Assembly: GCA_964549935.1 (NCBI GenBank)
Contig: CAZJVT010000003.1
Span: 14,634 to 78,633, forward strand
Direction of reading: 5' to 3'
Source: an uncultured Candidatus Saccharibacteria bacterium
Lineage (GTDB): Bacteria; Patescibacteriota; Minisyncoccia; UBA6257; 1-14-0-10-44-23
Length of the DNA stretch: 64,000 nt
Part shown: in pieces, positions 26,573 to 35,701 of the stretch
Numbering within the stretch: position 1 is the first letter of the stretch
Layout: every line of letters starts with the position of its first letter
Made by a program: the position numbers and the translations under genes
The notes under the pieces: model-generated
What the model was told of the DNA's origin: nothing
Databases searched by the model: none
Seen by the model: the letters and a program-made list of their open reading frames with translations, nothing else

Positions 26573-29500
26573 CTAAGCCGCCTTGAAATCCTGGGAGCGC
26601 GCTTCCACCGCCGGCGCCGAAGTGGCGATCTCGACGATCCGCACCTCGGTCACGCCCGGGATGCGTCGAAGCGACTTCCAGACCTCGGGTGTCGGATCGA
26701 AGCGCCCGTCGGCGAGCTCGCTGAGATAGGTGCCGGACTGCCAGATCCTGAACTCGACCTCGCGTACCATCCCCGCATGCCGGCGGACCGGCATCGGGCG
26801 CGGTTGCGGCCTGGTCTGCTCTTCCGGCGGCGGCGCCTGCTCGCGAAGAAGCTTGAAGCTTCCCTTCGGCTTTGCCGGGGGCTGGGGCGCGATCGGCGTC
26901 AGGGGTTCGTGCGGGCGCTGCAGCGTCGACGGGAGCGGTTCCGGCGCCTCCACCTTCCAGGCAGTCAGCGTCGCCAGGACCTCCGCCGCGGTCTTCTCGG
27001 TCGCCACGGTTACCTGCATCCGGCCGGCCTGGTGCTCGAGGGACAGGTCCTCGATCGCCGCGACCTTGGAGATCGTCAGGCGCAGCCGTTCGTCATCGAC
27101 GCGGCCGCGGATCGAGCAGACGATCGGCACCGTGTTGCCTTCGCCGATCCCGGTATGGAGACGCCTGAGGTCGTCGACGACGGAGTCGAAGGCGAGAGCC
27201 TCGAAGATGCCGGTATCGTCGGAGATGGAGACGATCCAGAACGGCTTGCCCGCCGTCGTCGTGCGTTCCTTGTAGCCAAGGACGATGCCGGCCACCCGGA
27301 TGTCGCGGTTGGGGGCCTGGGCGACGACGATCGGCAGGCGCTCTGCCTTGATCGACTTGAAGCGCTCGAGAAGAGATTCGTACGCAAGGATCGGGTGACG
27401 GGACAGGAAGAAGCCGATGTGCTCCCGTTCCTGCTTCAGGCGCTCGTTCTCCGACCAGTCCTGAGTCGGCTGCAGCACGAGGCGATGCCCTTCATTCCTG
27501 GGCGCCACTGCCTTGGCGAGACTGGGCGCTTCCGGCAAGGCGAAGAGATCGAGCGTGCGGGCGTCGCGCTTGGCGGAAGCTTTTTTCGATCCCGAACCGC
27601 GGAACTTGGAAACGACGTCCGCATTGGCGGCGATCTCGGCCGAATTCGCATGCAGAGGCGAGAAAGCCCCTACCGAGGCGAGGATCGTCACGTCCTTCGA
27701 CGACAGCCGCGTCGCCTGGCCGGCTCCCGGGGCCGAGCCGACGCGCCAGGCGAAGTCCTCGAGGGATGCGAACGGGCCGTTGGCGGCGCGCTCGGAGACC
27801 AGGTGCGACATCGAGACGTCGCCAAGGCCCTTCACCGCACCGAGGCCGTAACGGATCGCGAGCTTGCCCTCGTGCATCTCGGGCAGGAAGGCGACTGCGG
27901 ACTTGTTGACGTCGGGCGGCAGCAGCTGGATGCCCATCCGGCGGAGCTCGCCGGCGAAGACCGCGAGCTTGTCGGTGTCGCCGCGGTCGTACGACATCGA
28001 GGCGGCCATGAAAGCGACGGGATGGTTCGCCTTCATCCAGGCGGTCTGGTACGAGATCAGCGCGTAGGCGGCCGCGTGGCTCTTGTTGAAGCCGTAGCCC
28101 GCGAACTTGTCGACCTGGTTGAAGACCTTCTCGGCGGTCTCGCGGTCGACACCGTTCCCGACCGCGCCGTCGATGAAGGTCTTCCGCTGCGCGTCCATCT
28201 CGGCCTGGATCTTCTTGCCCATGGCCCGGCGCAGGAGGTCGGCGCCGCCGAGCGAGTAGCCGGCGAGGACCTGGGCCATCTTCATCACCTGCTCCTGGTA
28301 GACAGGGATGCCGAAGGTCTCGGCCAGGACGGGCTCGAGGGATGGATGCAGGTAGGCCGGCGACTGCTCGCCCCGCTTGCAGGCAATGTAGTCCGGGATG
28401 TTCTCCATCGGACCCGGCCGATAGAGGGCGACGATCGCGATGATGTCCTCGAGGCGATCGGGCTTCATGCGGAGGAGGATGTCGCGCATCCCGCCCGACT
28501 CGAGCTGGAAGACGCCGGTGACGTCGGCCCGCGCCATGAGCTCGTAGGTCCTGGCGTCGTCCAGCGGGATGTCCGAGATGTCGATGTCCTCGCCGGTGCC
28601 GGCCTTCACCAGGCGCGCCGCCATCTGCAGCACCGACAGGGTCTTCAGGCCGAGGAAGTCGAACTTCACCAGGCCGGCCTGCTCGACCCACTTCATGCTG
28701 TACTGGGTCGCCGGCGTATCCGACTTCGGGTCCTGGAACAGCGGCACCAGGTCGACCAGGGGGCGGTCCCCGATGACGACGCCGGCGGCATGGGTCGAGG
28801 CGTTCCGGTAGAGGCCCTCGACCCGGCCGGCGATGTTGAATAGGCGTCCCGCCTGGCTGTCGCGCTTCGCCAGCTCGGCCAGCCGCGGATCCCCGTCGAC
28901 GGCCTGGGCAATCGAAACCGGTGCGGCGGGGTTGTTCGGGACCAGCTTGGCGATCGCATCGACGGACCCGTAGGGCATTCCGATGACGCGACCGACGTCG
29001 CGGATCGCGGCGCGCGCCTTGAGCGAGCCGAAGGTGATGATCTGCGCCACCCGGTCGGCGCCGTAGCGCTCGCGGACGTAGCGGATGACCTCGTCCCGGC
29101 GGTCCTGGCAGAAGTCGATGTCGAAGTCCGGCATCGACACGCGCTCTGGGTTGAGGAAGCGCTCGAACAGCAGGCCCCAGCGAAGCGGATCCAGGTCGGT
29201 GATGGTGAGGGACCAGGCGACGACCGACCCGGCGCCCGAGCCGCGGCCCGGCCCGACGGGAATGTCACGCGCTTTCGACCACTGGATGAAGTCCGAGACG
29301 ATGAGGAAGTAGCCGGCGAAGCCCATCTGGTTGATGACGCCGATCTCGTACTCGAGGCGATCGCGATAGGGCTTCGCCTCAGCCAGGGATTTCGCGTCCT
29401 CGCCCCCGATGCCCATCCGCTGCAGGCGGGCTTCGAGGCCCTTCCTGGAACGGATCGAGAGTTCGTCCTCCTCGCTCCGTCCCTGCTCGGTCGGGAACCG

Positions 29501-30376
29501 AGGAAGGATGGGCTTTCGCTTCGGCGGCCTGAAGGCGATGCGGCGCGCGATGCCGCGGGCGTTCTCGATCGCCTCCGGCAGGTCGGCGAAGAGCTCCTCC
29601 ATCTCGGCCGTCGACTTGAAGCGGTGGTGCTCCGTCAGCCGCGGACGATCCGGATCCGCAAGGGTCCGGCCGGAAGCGATGGCCAGCAGGGCCTCGGTCG
29701 GCTCCTGCATCTCGGCGAAGGCGAAGTGGACGTCGTTGGTGGCGACCAGGGGCAGGTCGTTGGCGTAGGCGAGATCGAGCAGCTGGGCCTCGATCCGCGG
29801 CCGGTCATGGCCAGGATGGCGCTGGATCTCGATGTAGAGGCGATCGCCGAAGGCGGCTTTCAGCTGACGGAGATGCTCCTCGGCCTGTCCCGGGCGATTT
29901 TCGGCGATCAGGCGCCCGAGAGTGCTGTCGGTGGCGCCGGCGAGGCAGATCAGTCCGTCGGAGGAATTCTGGATTTCGCTCAGGGGGACCTGGGGGACCT
30001 GCCCCGGCGATCCGAGGTATCCCTTCGAGGAGAGCGACATCAGGTTCTGCCAGCCCGCCTGGGTCTGGGCCAGCAGGAGCAGGCGGTCAGGAGCGATCGG
30101 CGGGGCCGACTTGCTTCCCCTGGCCAAGGCAGCCGCCTGGATCTGGGCGGCGTCCGGCCTGGTCGTGCCCATCACGCATCCGACGATCGGCTGCACGCCG
30201 GCCGCCACGGCCGCCTCGGCGAATTCGAGCGTTCCGAACAGGTTTCCCGTGTCGGTGATCGCGACAGCCGGCATGCCGTTCTTCACCGCGAGCTTGACCA
30301 GGTCCTTGGGCTGGATCGCGCCCTGGGCCAGCGAATAGGCCGAATGAACCCGCAGGTGGATGAAAGGATCGGCCAC
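26573..30376 (-). CDS. dnaE: DNA polymerase III alpha subunit family (DnaE-type), 1267 aa with about 170-aa C-terminal extension beyond the OB fold
   Basis: N-terminal PHP domain (HLRVHSAYSLAQGA, AVAITDTGNLFG, GDRLYIEIQRH). An OB fold sits near residue 1000 (RVAGIVLGYKERTTTAGKPFWIVSISDDTG). The start is GTG. DnaE1 versus DnaE2 cannot be distinguished here. Confidence 0.85.
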   Translation of the reverse strand: MADPFIHLRVHSAYSLAQGAIQPKDLVKLAVKNGMPAVAITDTGNLFGTLEFAEAAVAAGVQPIVGCVMGTTRPDAAQIQAAALARGSKSAPPIAPDRLLLLAQTQAGWQNLMSLSSKGYLGSPGQVPQVPLSEIQNSSDGLICLAGATDSTLGRLIAENRPGQAEEHLRQLKAAFGDRLYIEIQRHPGHDRPRIEAQLLDLAYANDLPLVATNDVHFAFAEMQEPTEALLAIASGRTLADPDRPRLTEHHRFKSTAEMEELFADLPEAIENARGIARRIAFRPPKRKPILPRFPTEQGRSEEDELSIRSRKGLEARLQRMGIGGEDAKSLAEAKPYRDRLEYEIGVINQMGFAGYFLIVSDFIQWSKARDIPVGPGRGSGAGSVVAWSLTITDLDPLRWGLLFERFLNPERVSMPDFDIDFCQDRRDEVIRYVRERYGADRVAQIITFGSLKARAAIRDVGRVIGMPYGSVDAIAKLVPNNPAAPVSIAQAVDGDPRLAELAKRDSQAGRLFNIAGRVEGLYRNASTHAAGVVIGDRPLVDLVPLFQDPKSDTPATQYSMKWVEQAGLVKFDFLGLKTLSVLQMAARLVKAGTGEDIDISDIPLDDARTYELMARADVTGVFQLESGGMRDILLRMKPDRLEDIIAIVALYRPGPMENIPDYIACKRGEQSPAYLHPSLEPVLAETFGIPVYQEQVMKMAQVLAGYSLGGADLLRRAMGKKIQAEMDAQRKTFIDGAVGNGVDRETAEKVFNQVDKFAGYGFNKSHAAAYALISYQTAWMKANHPVAFMAASMSYDRGDTDKLAVFAGELRRMGIQLLPPDVNKSAVAFLPEMHEGKLAIRYGLGAVKGLGDVSMSHLVSERAANGPFASLEDFAWRVGSAPGAGQATRLSSKDVTILASVGAFSPLHANSAEIAANADVVSKFRGSGSKKASAKRDARTLDLFALPEAPSLAKAVAPRNEGHRLVLQPTQDWSENERLKQEREHIGFFLSRHPILAYESLLERFKSIKAERLPIVVAQAPNRDIRVAGIVLGYKERTTTAGKPFWIVSISDDTGIFEALAFDSVVDDLRRLHTGIGEGNTVPIVCSIRGRVDDERLRLTISKVAAIEDLSLEHQAGRMQVTVATEKTAAEVLATLTAWKVEAPEPLPSTLQRPHEPLTPIAPQPPAKPKGSFKLLREQAPPPEEQTRPQPRPMPVRRHAGMVREVEFRIWQSGTYLSELADGRFDPTPEVWKSLRRIPGVTEVRIVEIATSAPAVEARSQDFKAA

Positions 30377-30390
30377 TGGTCGCCCGCGAT

Positions 30391-30420
30391 ATTAATCTTG
30401 TCTGCTTTCTATGATACAAG
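30391..30420 (+). promoter_or_regulatory. recurring motif copy 5: ATTAATCTTGTCTGCTTTCTATGATACAAG (contains CTTGT-N14-ACAAG inverted repeat)
   Basis: Sits in the divergent spacer between dnaE (GTG at 30376) and the plus gene at 30525. Confidence 0.5.
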
Positions 30421-30524
30421 GAGGCCAAGAAAGCGTCACGCGAAAGGTGCCAAGTGGCTGAAATTGCGGGATTGCTGTATGTGCAGCAGCAGCCCGGCGG
30501 CGACCACGGAAGGAATATGCGAGC

Positions 30525-31175
30525 GTGCCTTCGCTGATCGACCCCTGCTTCAAGCCGGACCCTGCGGATCTGGCCTTCCTCGACGACTACACGCGCTGGA
30601 AGTACATCGAGAAGCGGAAACTCGACAAAGCCGCTCTTAATCGGCGCAAGGAGATCTCGGAGCGGATCGCCATGACGGCCTCGGAAAGGCTGCTCTCAAG
30701 CCTCGGCGCCGGCTGGAGGGTAGTCGACGCGAACACGATTAGGCGGAACATGGAGGGGCACGACCTGCTGGTGTCGAGGGTGAGCGCACCGGAACGCCAG
30801 CTCCGCATCCAGGTCAAGGGCAGCTCCTACATCGAGACCCTCCAATGGTGGCCCTCCGCCGATACGACTGCCCCCGACTGGAAGTACGACGTCCTGCTGC
30901 TCGTCGACATCGGTGTCACCATGGCCGCGCCGGAGCGCTTCGCCAGGCTGGCTCCGTTCCGTCACCCCCATGTAGTCTTCTACGTCTTCACTAGGGGAGA
31001 GGCGGCGGACGAGCTCGCCCACGCAAAGAGGGACCCTGGCGACACGGACGTCTTCATCTACCGCTATTGGCTTCCCCGGAAGCCCGGCAGCAAGGAGGAT
31101 AGGCACCAGATCCGCGAACTCGAGCGATACCGCGGACGCTTCGACAAGATCGAGGCCGCACTGGGGTTGCTCTGA
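30525..31175 (+). CDS. hypothetical protein (216 aa), intact copy of a gene that has a pseudogene paralog at 31607..32116
   Basis: The C-terminus FIYRYWLPRKPGSKEDRHQIRELERYRGRFDKIEAAL matches the fragment FVYRWWAPRKAGSKEERHQIQDIERYRSRFDRIEEAL. Confidence 0.45.
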   Translation: MPSLIDPCFKPDPADLAFLDDYTRWKYIEKRKLDKAALNRRKEISERIAMTASERLLSSLGAGWRVVDANTIRRNMEGHDLLVSRVSAPERQLRIQVKGSSYIETLQWWPSADTTAPDWKYDVLLLVDIGVTMAAPERFARLAPFRHPHVVFYVFTRGEAADELAHAKRDPGDTDVFIYRYWLPRKPGSKEDRHQIRELERYRGRFDKIEAALGLL

Positions 31176-31506
31176 CGATGACGTGGATGACCCTCGAGGA
31201 GATGATCGTCGCCGCCCGAGATATCGCCGAAGTCGAGCTCAAGGCTCTGAGCCGGCTCATGCGGCAGAGAGAGGCGGCGCCGGCGGTCGGCAGCCGGGAG
31301 TCCTTGGCGATCGCGCGCATAAGGTAAATGCGGAGACCTGGTCGTGCTCGTCGAGCCGGACCCTCTTCGAGACGACCTCCAGGAGGCGCCCGCTTCGCGA
31401 ATTCGCGGTCCCGGAACAGCTCCTTCCCGTCGCTGGATAGGAAACTGTTGGCGTTCCGGATAAGGCGGGCGTGGACGTCATTTGCCGTTTCAGCTAGCTC
31501 GGGCAT
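31054..31506 (-). CDS. small hypothetical protein, paralog of 33588..34031
   Basis: MPELAETANDVHARLIRNANSFLSSDGKELFRDREFAKR aligns with the N-terminus of the 34031 gene. The 3' extent is uncertain because it overlaps the convergent gene. Confidence 0.35.
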   Translation of the reverse strand: MPELAETANDVHARLIRNANSFLSSDGKELFRDREFAKRAPPGGRLEEGPARRARPGLRIYLMRAIAKDSRLPTAGAASLCRMSRLRALSSTSAISRAATIISSRVIHVIVRATPVRPRSCRSVRGIARVRGSGAYPPCCRASGEANSGR

Positions 31507-31520
31507 AACGAACGTCCTTC

Positions 31521-31548
31521 ATAATATCGTGCCCGCACAGTATTATAC
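31521..31548 (+). promoter_or_regulatory. motif variant ATAATATCGTGCCCGCACAGTATTATAC in divergent spacer
   Basis: A near-duplicate lies at 34047..34073. It sits 15 nt from the leftward start at 31506 and 60 nt from the rightward ATG at 31607. Confidence 0.35.
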
Positions 31549-31606
31549 AACGTCTGGACGTTAACGCCTGTAACGACGATCAGGCTACCTTCAGAGGAGA
31601 CATGGA

Positions 31607-32116
31607 ATGTCATCGCTGACCGAGGAGCAACGCAAGCTATTGACTAGCCTGCGCAACTTCGTCCGGAAGGAGCGAGCCGAAATGCGTTCGTCCTGCTGTC
31701 GTATGGACAGCCTTCGGCGGCCCATCCTCTCGACGATGGACGACGATGGTCGCCGATACGACCAGACAACCAGCCGGCTTATCGAGCGCATCGACCGCCA
31801 GCTGGGCTGACGCGACTCAGGTGACATAGCCAGCGAAGCCTATCTGGCTGATGACGCCTATCCCGGCTGGGACTTCGACCTGCTCGTTCTGGTCGACGCC
31901 GGCGCCACCCTGGACCGGTGGAACACTTCAAGAAAAGCCCTCGCCGAGATGCTCAATGCACGCCGGAAGGAGACCGCGGGACGCGTCTTCGTCTATCGAT
32001 GGTGGGCGCCCAGGAAAGCCGGATCGAAAGAAGAGCGCCACCAGATCCAGGACATCGAGCGCTACAGGAGCCGCTTCGACAGGATCGAGGAGGCGCTCAG
32101 GAAGCCAGGCCGGTAA
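31607..32116 (+). pseudogene. disrupted paralog of 30525..31175 (in-frame TGA at 31808-31810, shortened)
   Basis: ORF 31607..31810 continues in the same frame after a stop into ...GWDFDLLVLVDAGATL...FVYRWWAPRKAGSKEERHQIQDIERYRSRFDRIEEALRKPGR*. This matches the intact gene across the stop. Confidence 0.45.
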
Positions 32117-32148
32117 CCGGAAGGCGCAAGGTGCCGACTGGCGACCGT

Positions 32149-32610
32149 TTACAGAAATCCCATGGCGGGAGACGGCCGGTCGATCGCTCGCGAAGGGGAT
32201 GGATTCCGCAGGATGCCGATCGCCTGCACCAGGCACTTCAGCATCGCGAATTCAGGTTCGGTCCTGAGCGACCTTGGCATGTTCCAGGTCAGCTTGATGA
32301 TCTTGATCGACTGCGGCGTGGAGGTGGGATCGGACCTGTGGAACACGAGGCGTGCCTCGTTGACGCTCCGTTGCGGCATGACGTGGAACGAGACCAGGCC
32401 ATTGATCTTGCCCCAGGCGATCTCGGAGATGTCGCCTGCCGTATAGCCGGATTGCCTGCTGGAGCGGTAGAGATCGAGATCATTACCGGATAGCGGATAG
32501 GCGCGTTCCTCGAGATAGGCGAAGACCATCTCGTCGATATCGGAGCGCGAGCGCATGGGATCGTCGATCGCGGCGAAGACCGCCGCCGCCGTCGGAGACG
32601 ACGTCTTCAT
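32149..32610 (-). CDS. small hypothetical protein, paralog of 33094..33552
   Basis: AAVFAAIDDPMRSRSDIDEMVFAYLEERAYPLSGNDLD aligns with ASIIAAIDDATVSAAEIDRMVFAFVNERVYPLAGADLE. Confidence 0.4.
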   Translation of the reverse strand: MKTSSPTAAAVFAAIDDPMRSRSDIDEMVFAYLEERAYPLSGNDLDLYRSSRQSGYTAGDISEIAWGKINGLVSFHVMPQRSVNEARLVFHRSDPTSTPQSIKIIKLTWNMPRSLRTEPEFAMLKCLVQAIGILRNPSPSRAIDRPSPAMGFL

Positions 32611-33093
32611 CTCGACTCCTCCCACGGCTTCAACCCCTTCCATCAACGGGCCTTCCTGGTCGATGCCTTCGCCGCGGATGACGGGGCCTTCCTCGACCTC
32701 GACATGACGCGCCGTTCCGCAGCTTCCTCGAGGTGGCAAAGCTCGGCGTGCCGGTCGAGCACCGAGTCGCAGATGTCGCGGATCGCACGGATATGCTCGA
32801 CACCCGAGAGCGTGATGCCTGGACGCCCCCAGAGGCAGATCGCCGGCGACGCCCCGAGATAGACGTGGCCTTCGCGGCCGAGGCTCGCTGCCATCTGGGG
32901 TTGGCCATGTCGCGGCGCCCGAGAGATCCCCCGAACGAAGCCCTGGAGGGCTGGGCATCGGAGCGCAATGCCGCGCCCGCGGGCAACGACCCGGCTCCGG
33001 GAGGGACCACGCCGGTCCGGATCGATGGCTTGAGCGTCGCGATCTTCGTCTTCCCGGAGACCGGCGACGGCAGACGCTTCGGTAGCTTGGAGC

Positions 33094-33552
33094 TCATGCC
33101 GCGAGCTCCTGCAGTTTCGGACGCGCGACCATGGCAGCCTCGGCGCTGCGCTGGGCCTCGACGACCTGGATGAATGCCTTGAGCATGGCGTAGGCGCTTC
33201 CACGAACGGAAGCTTCGACGCTGGCCTCGATCTTCCGATCCTCGAGGCGGCGCGCCGAACCCTCGCCGCAGGAGACGACGACGTCCATGGAGACGATCTC
33301 CCTGCTGCCCTTGCTGGAGACCGAGACCTCGCGAAGCAGGGCGTACCTGCCGACCAGCAGGGCGATATCGATGCCTTCGGTCGTGAATGCGCCGCCGCCC
33401 GCCCGGTGCTCTTCCAGGTCGGCTCCGGCAAGCGGATAGACCCGCTCGTTCACGAACGCGAAGACCATGCGGTCGATCTCCGCGGCCGACACGGTAGCGT
33501 CGTCGATGGCGGCGATGATGGAGGCAGCGGTGATGCTGGAGAATGTGGCCAT
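33094..33552 (-). CDS. small hypothetical protein, paralog of 32149..32610
   Basis: Start at M78 of ORF 33094..33783. Alignment as for the preceding entry. Confidence 0.4.
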   Translation of the reverse strand: MATFSSITAASIIAAIDDATVSAAEIDRMVFAFVNERVYPLAGADLEEHRAGGGAFTTEGIDIALLVGRYALLREVSVSSKGSREIVSMDVVVSCGEGSARRLEDRKIEASVEASVRGSAYAMLKAFIQVVEAQRSAEAAMVARPKLQELAA

Positions 33553-33587
33553 GGTCGACTCCCAAGGATCGATTGGTGCTGCTTCGG

Positions 33588-34031
33588 TCAGGATCCCGGC
33601 TCCGGAGACTTCAGGGGCTGCGACGCAGGTACCGGGGCGATGCCGGCGGCGACATAGGCATCCAGGAGATCGTTGCGCAGCAGACGCTTCAGCAGCTCGA
33701 CTTGCAGGATGTCGGTTTCGATCCGTTCTTCCGCGGTCATCTTCGGCTTCGCGAGCTCGGTAAGTCTGAGGAAGTCGCTGCACAGATCCGCGGCACCGGC
33801 CGTCTGGATGATCGCGTCTTTCGCTGTCGCCCGCATCAGGTGCATTTGGAAGACACGGTCGTTCTCGTCCAGGTGAACCACCTCGGGAATGACCTCGAGC
33901 AGCGCACGAATGCGCTTGGCGAACTCGCGATCGCGGAAGACCTCCTTTCCGTCGGAGGAAAGGTAGCTGTTCGGGTTGCGGATCGGTCGGCCATGGCGGT
34001 TGCAGACGACGACTTCCGATTTCCCGGTCAT
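33588..34031 (-). CDS. small hypothetical protein, paralog of 31054..31506
   Basis: SD GGGAG lies before ATG 34031. Carries the motif NSYLSSDGKEVFRDREFAKR. Confidence 0.4.
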   Translation of the reverse strand: MTGKSEVVVCNRHGRPIRNPNSYLSSDGKEVFRDREFAKRIRALLEVIPEVVHLDENDRVFQMHLMRATAKDAIIQTAGAADLCSDFLRLTELAKPKMTAEERIETDILQVELLKRLLRNDLLDAYVAAGIAPVPASQPLKSPEPGS

Positions 34032-34046
34032 GCGATCTCCCTTCAT

Positions 34047-34073
34047 ACTATCGCGTCCGCCTAGTATTATAGG
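34047..34073 (+). promoter_or_regulatory. motif variant ACTATCGCGTCCGCCTAGTATTATAGG in 46-bp divergent spacer
   Basis: Lies between leftward ATG 34031 and rightward ATG 34078. Confidence 0.35.
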
Positions 34074-34077
34074 TGAA

Positions 34078-35685
34078 ATGCCCGGAAACACCCATACCCA
34101 AGTCGCTGCAGAAACCCTGGAATCGCCAGGGTCTGGCGCTATCGACCTCCGCGTCCTTTCCGCCGAAGCCCGCCGTGCCCTGGCTGCGACCGACAGGAGG
34201 ATCGAGGCGCTAGAGGCCCAGATCCGGGGCATGCCCGCCGACCGAGAGATCGCGATCGGCGTCGCCGACGAGTCCGGAGGGTCGTCCGTCCAGCATGCGC
34301 TGAGCCGCTTTCGGCAGGCGGAAGGCGCCCGTCGGGACCTCATGGCCAGGAAGTCGCGGGCACTGGGGCGGTATGGATGGATCCCCGGTGCCGAAGGCTT
34401 CGTTGCGCGGCGTCTCGATCCGCTCATCGAGGCAGCCGAGGTCCGGGCCTCCCGGGCCGGTTTCGAGGTATCGGAAGCCCGAAAAGCCGCCCTGATGAGG
34501 CCGGATTGCGCGGCCAGGCATCAGGAAGAGCGGCTTCGTGTTCGCGGCGCCGTCGATCGGCTGAACTGGACGCTCGAGGCGAACCTGCATCTGGCCAACG
34601 GGCTGACGGCGTTCATCCAGCTCGCCGCGATCCTGCTTTCCCGCGGCACCTGCGTCCTGTCCTTCCATCGGATCGAGGCCAGGATCGAGAACGAGGTCGA
34701 GCGCCTGGTCGAGCGCCTGACCTTCGAGATCGACCTCCAGGCATACAGGGCACGGAACGACTCTGTGGCAGAAGCTGGACTGGCCGGACCGGCACGGCGA
34801 CCTTCCCAGGGGGCCCAGGACGCGGCCGGCCGGCCGGAGCATCTCCGGGACGAGCTCTTCGACACCCGCGAGCTCAATGCGGTTCCCGCGCTCGACGGCA
34901 ACTATTCGGTACCCGCAGGCAAGGTCTACCTGCCGGTGGCGCCGTCCCGCGAGATCGAGGTTCTGGCAGCCGGCGCGCGCAAGGGGCCCAAGGGCGGCTA
35001 CTTCGTGCCGCTCGAAGAGGTCGGCAGGCCCGAGATCCAGCCCTACCTTCCCTTCATCGCCAGGCGGACGATCGAGCCGATCCGCATGGACATGATCCCC
35101 CAGAGCAGCTTCGGCGCATCGCTCGCCAACATGCTCACCGACTCCGATTGGGAACGGATCCGCCAGCCGACGATCGACGAAGCGGGCGGCCTATGCAGGA
35201 TCTGCGGCGAGAAGGGGCGCCGGCAATCGCGCAAGGTCGACTGCCACGAGATCTGGAGCTACCTCGGTCCAGACGAGCCGGACCATTGGGGTGTCCAACG
35301 CCTCGAGGGGCTCATCGCGGTCTGCGAGCCGTGCCACCTCATGTTCCATCTCGGCTTCGCCAACGCGACCGACCGATACGGGATCGCGATCGAGCGCATC
35401 CGGGCGGTCAATCGCTGGACCCAGCCGGAGGCCGAGCGGTACGGGCATCTTCTGGGCCAATCCTGGATCGAAAGAAGCAAGCGGCCCTGGGCGCTCGACC
35501 TGTCGTCGCTCGCCGGCGCGGGCCCACTCCGCATCTCATCCGGCTGGGATCTATCCGACGACGGCGTGCTTACGCGCCAGACACAGCACGGCACCGCGGT
35601 CACCGTCCTGCTCGGCGTCGACTGGTGCTTTGCCCGCGGCAACAGGGCGGTGCGGCCGGCGCAGGACCCGAAGCCCTACTATTAG
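34078..35685 (+). CDS. large hypothetical protein with C-terminal HNH-like zinc-finger nuclease motif
   Basis: CRICGEKGRRQSRKVDCHEIWSY...LIAVCEPCHLMFH shows the Cys-x2-Cys...His...Cys-x2-Cys-His pattern of HNH. The N-terminal half is coiled-coil-like. SD AGGTGA lies before the start. Confidence 0.45.
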   Translation: MPGNTHTQVAAETLESPGSGAIDLRVLSAEARRALAATDRRIEALEAQIRGMPADREIAIGVADESGGSSVQHALSRFRQAEGARRDLMARKSRALGRYGWIPGAEGFVARRLDPLIEAAEVRASRAGFEVSEARKAALMRPDCAARHQEERLRVRGAVDRLNWTLEANLHLANGLTAFIQLAAILLSRGTCVLSFHRIEARIENEVERLVERLTFEIDLQAYRARNDSVAEAGLAGPARRPSQGAQDAAGRPEHLRDELFDTRELNAVPALDGNYSVPAGKVYLPVAPSREIEVLAAGARKGPKGGYFVPLEEVGRPEIQPYLPFIARRTIEPIRMDMIPQSSFGASLANMLTDSDWERIRQPTIDEAGGLCRICGEKGRRQSRKVDCHEIWSYLGPDEPDHWGVQRLEGLIAVCEPCHLMFHLGFANATDRYGIAIERIRAVNRWTQPEAERYGHLLGQSWIERSKRPWALDLSSLAGAGPLRISSGWDLSDDGVLTRQTQHGTAVTVLLGVDWCFARGNRAVRPAQDPKPYY

Positions 35686-35701
35686 AGACCGAGGCAGAAC
35701 T

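Noticed and set aside
26075-28843. 922-aa plus-strand ORF
   Set aside because: Lies entirely antisense to the dnaE-like gene. It is Arg/Gly/Asp-rich with no motifs, a typical stop-poor antisense frame in about 66% GC DNA.
30391-30420. SOS/LexA box upstream of the polymerase gene
   Set aside because: The sequence matches neither GTTC-N7-GTTC nor CTGT-N8-ACAG. It belongs to the recurring TTAATC motif family found in front of unrelated genes.
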